Of a DNA stretch of 64,000 nt, positions 63,301-64,000 are shown piece after piece. Location of the stretch: NCBI RefSeq assembly GCF_037042905.1, contig NC_087254.1, forward strand, positions 10,044,001 to 10,108,000, given 5' to 3'. The translations under genes and the position numbers were made by a program. The notes under the pieces were generated by a model that saw only the letters and a program-made list of their open reading frames with translations, did no database searches and was not told where the DNA came from. Source of the stretch: Lytechinus pictus (taxonomy: Eukaryota). The first letter of the stretch is position 1; every line of letters begins with the position of its first letter.

Positions 63301-63365
63301 TAAGAAATATAAATGACACATTTATTCTGACAACAGCGGAAATGTAAATAAAATAGAACAGAATT
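60335..63365. repeat. Satellite with a 360-bp dimeric unit (~171 + ~189 bp related monomers)
   Basis: CACAAACATCTCAGATTAA recurs at alternating ~171/189-bp spacing; exact 360-bp period across ~61950-62900. Confidence 0.95.
61211..61605. mobile_element. TTAA-targeting element (Kolobok-like) inserted into the satellite
   Basis: Satellite CTCAGATTAA|insert|TTAATGAGCGATC gives a clean TTAA duplication. Confidence 0.9.
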
Positions 63366-64000
63366 CACAAACGTATCACTAATTAAACAGATCACTTGGA
63401 TTGTGAGGCGTCTCGGCTTGATAGGGAGGTATAAACCGGGATATAAATGATAGTCTTTAATAAAATTGTTGAAGATTCATAATATATTTGTAAAAAGTTT
63501 TGATGTGATATCGACATGATTTATGATATAAAATCATTCTTCGAAAACCAAATGAAGCTCACAGCCAAAGCATGGAGCTATTAATAGCTCTATGGCCAAA
63601 GCAAGTGATACCTCCTTCGACATAAGGTTTATTACGTAATACCTTGGGTGACCCAGCTGGGCCAAGTCTGTCATCAAGACACTCGACAACAAATCGAGAT
63701 AATCTGTCGAGATTTGCTGAACCATTAAATCAGGTAAACATGAGATAAAAATCGTTTCTCTTGGGACTCATTTGGGCAGCCACTGAGGTGATTTTAAAAC
63801 ATGAGCCACGCGAGCAATTGCCTTGGGTGGTGATGGACATTTCATTGATTTCTTTTTTGATCAGCGACTTTACAAATAAAAAATAATAATACATATTCTA
63901 ATAACTTTTTAAATCTTTGATGGATTTTCCTCAAACTTTCACAAATATTTATCATTATTTTTTCTCCTATCTTTACAATAAACTTTTTGTCAGGGTAAAC

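Noticed and set aside
63627-63733. Possible internal exon ending CAG|GTAAAC (..LSRFAEPLNQ)
   Set aside because: Weak acceptor, in-frame stop just upstream, phase does not match the candidate exon at 55328, and no recognisable protein motif

Overview
Eukaryotic, AT-rich, repeat-dense DNA. The repeat families and SINE types suggest an echinoderm, probably a sea urchin (inference, not verified). The only intact long ORFs are two tandem, same-strand, intronless paralogs (12282-14489, 735 aa; 43308-45509, 733 aa; about 85% aa identity by manual count). Each encodes a type I membrane receptor: signal peptide, four Ig-like domains (V-type first), one TM helix and a ~230-aa tail with SH2, SH3 and PDZ-type docking motifs. 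They share a promoter-like block and a long 3' flank, so they come from a segmental duplication. About 20 kb between them (21103-41270) is one nested transposon stack. A probable solo LTR holds (a) a MITE split by an 8.2-kb Harbinger/PIF element that carries a decayed, spliced MADF gene, and (b) a Mag-like Gypsy element with 141-bp LTRs that contains an inverted second Gypsy and an L2-type LINE. The rest is SINEs, LINE fragments, hAT-, Kolobok-, Tc1- and Academ-like non-autonomous elements, foldback arrays, a 360-bp dimeric satellite, a candidate first exon of an unknown gene (55328-55375) and two assembly gaps. Comparing repeat copies also shows recurrent TA-duplicating palindromic micro-insertions.
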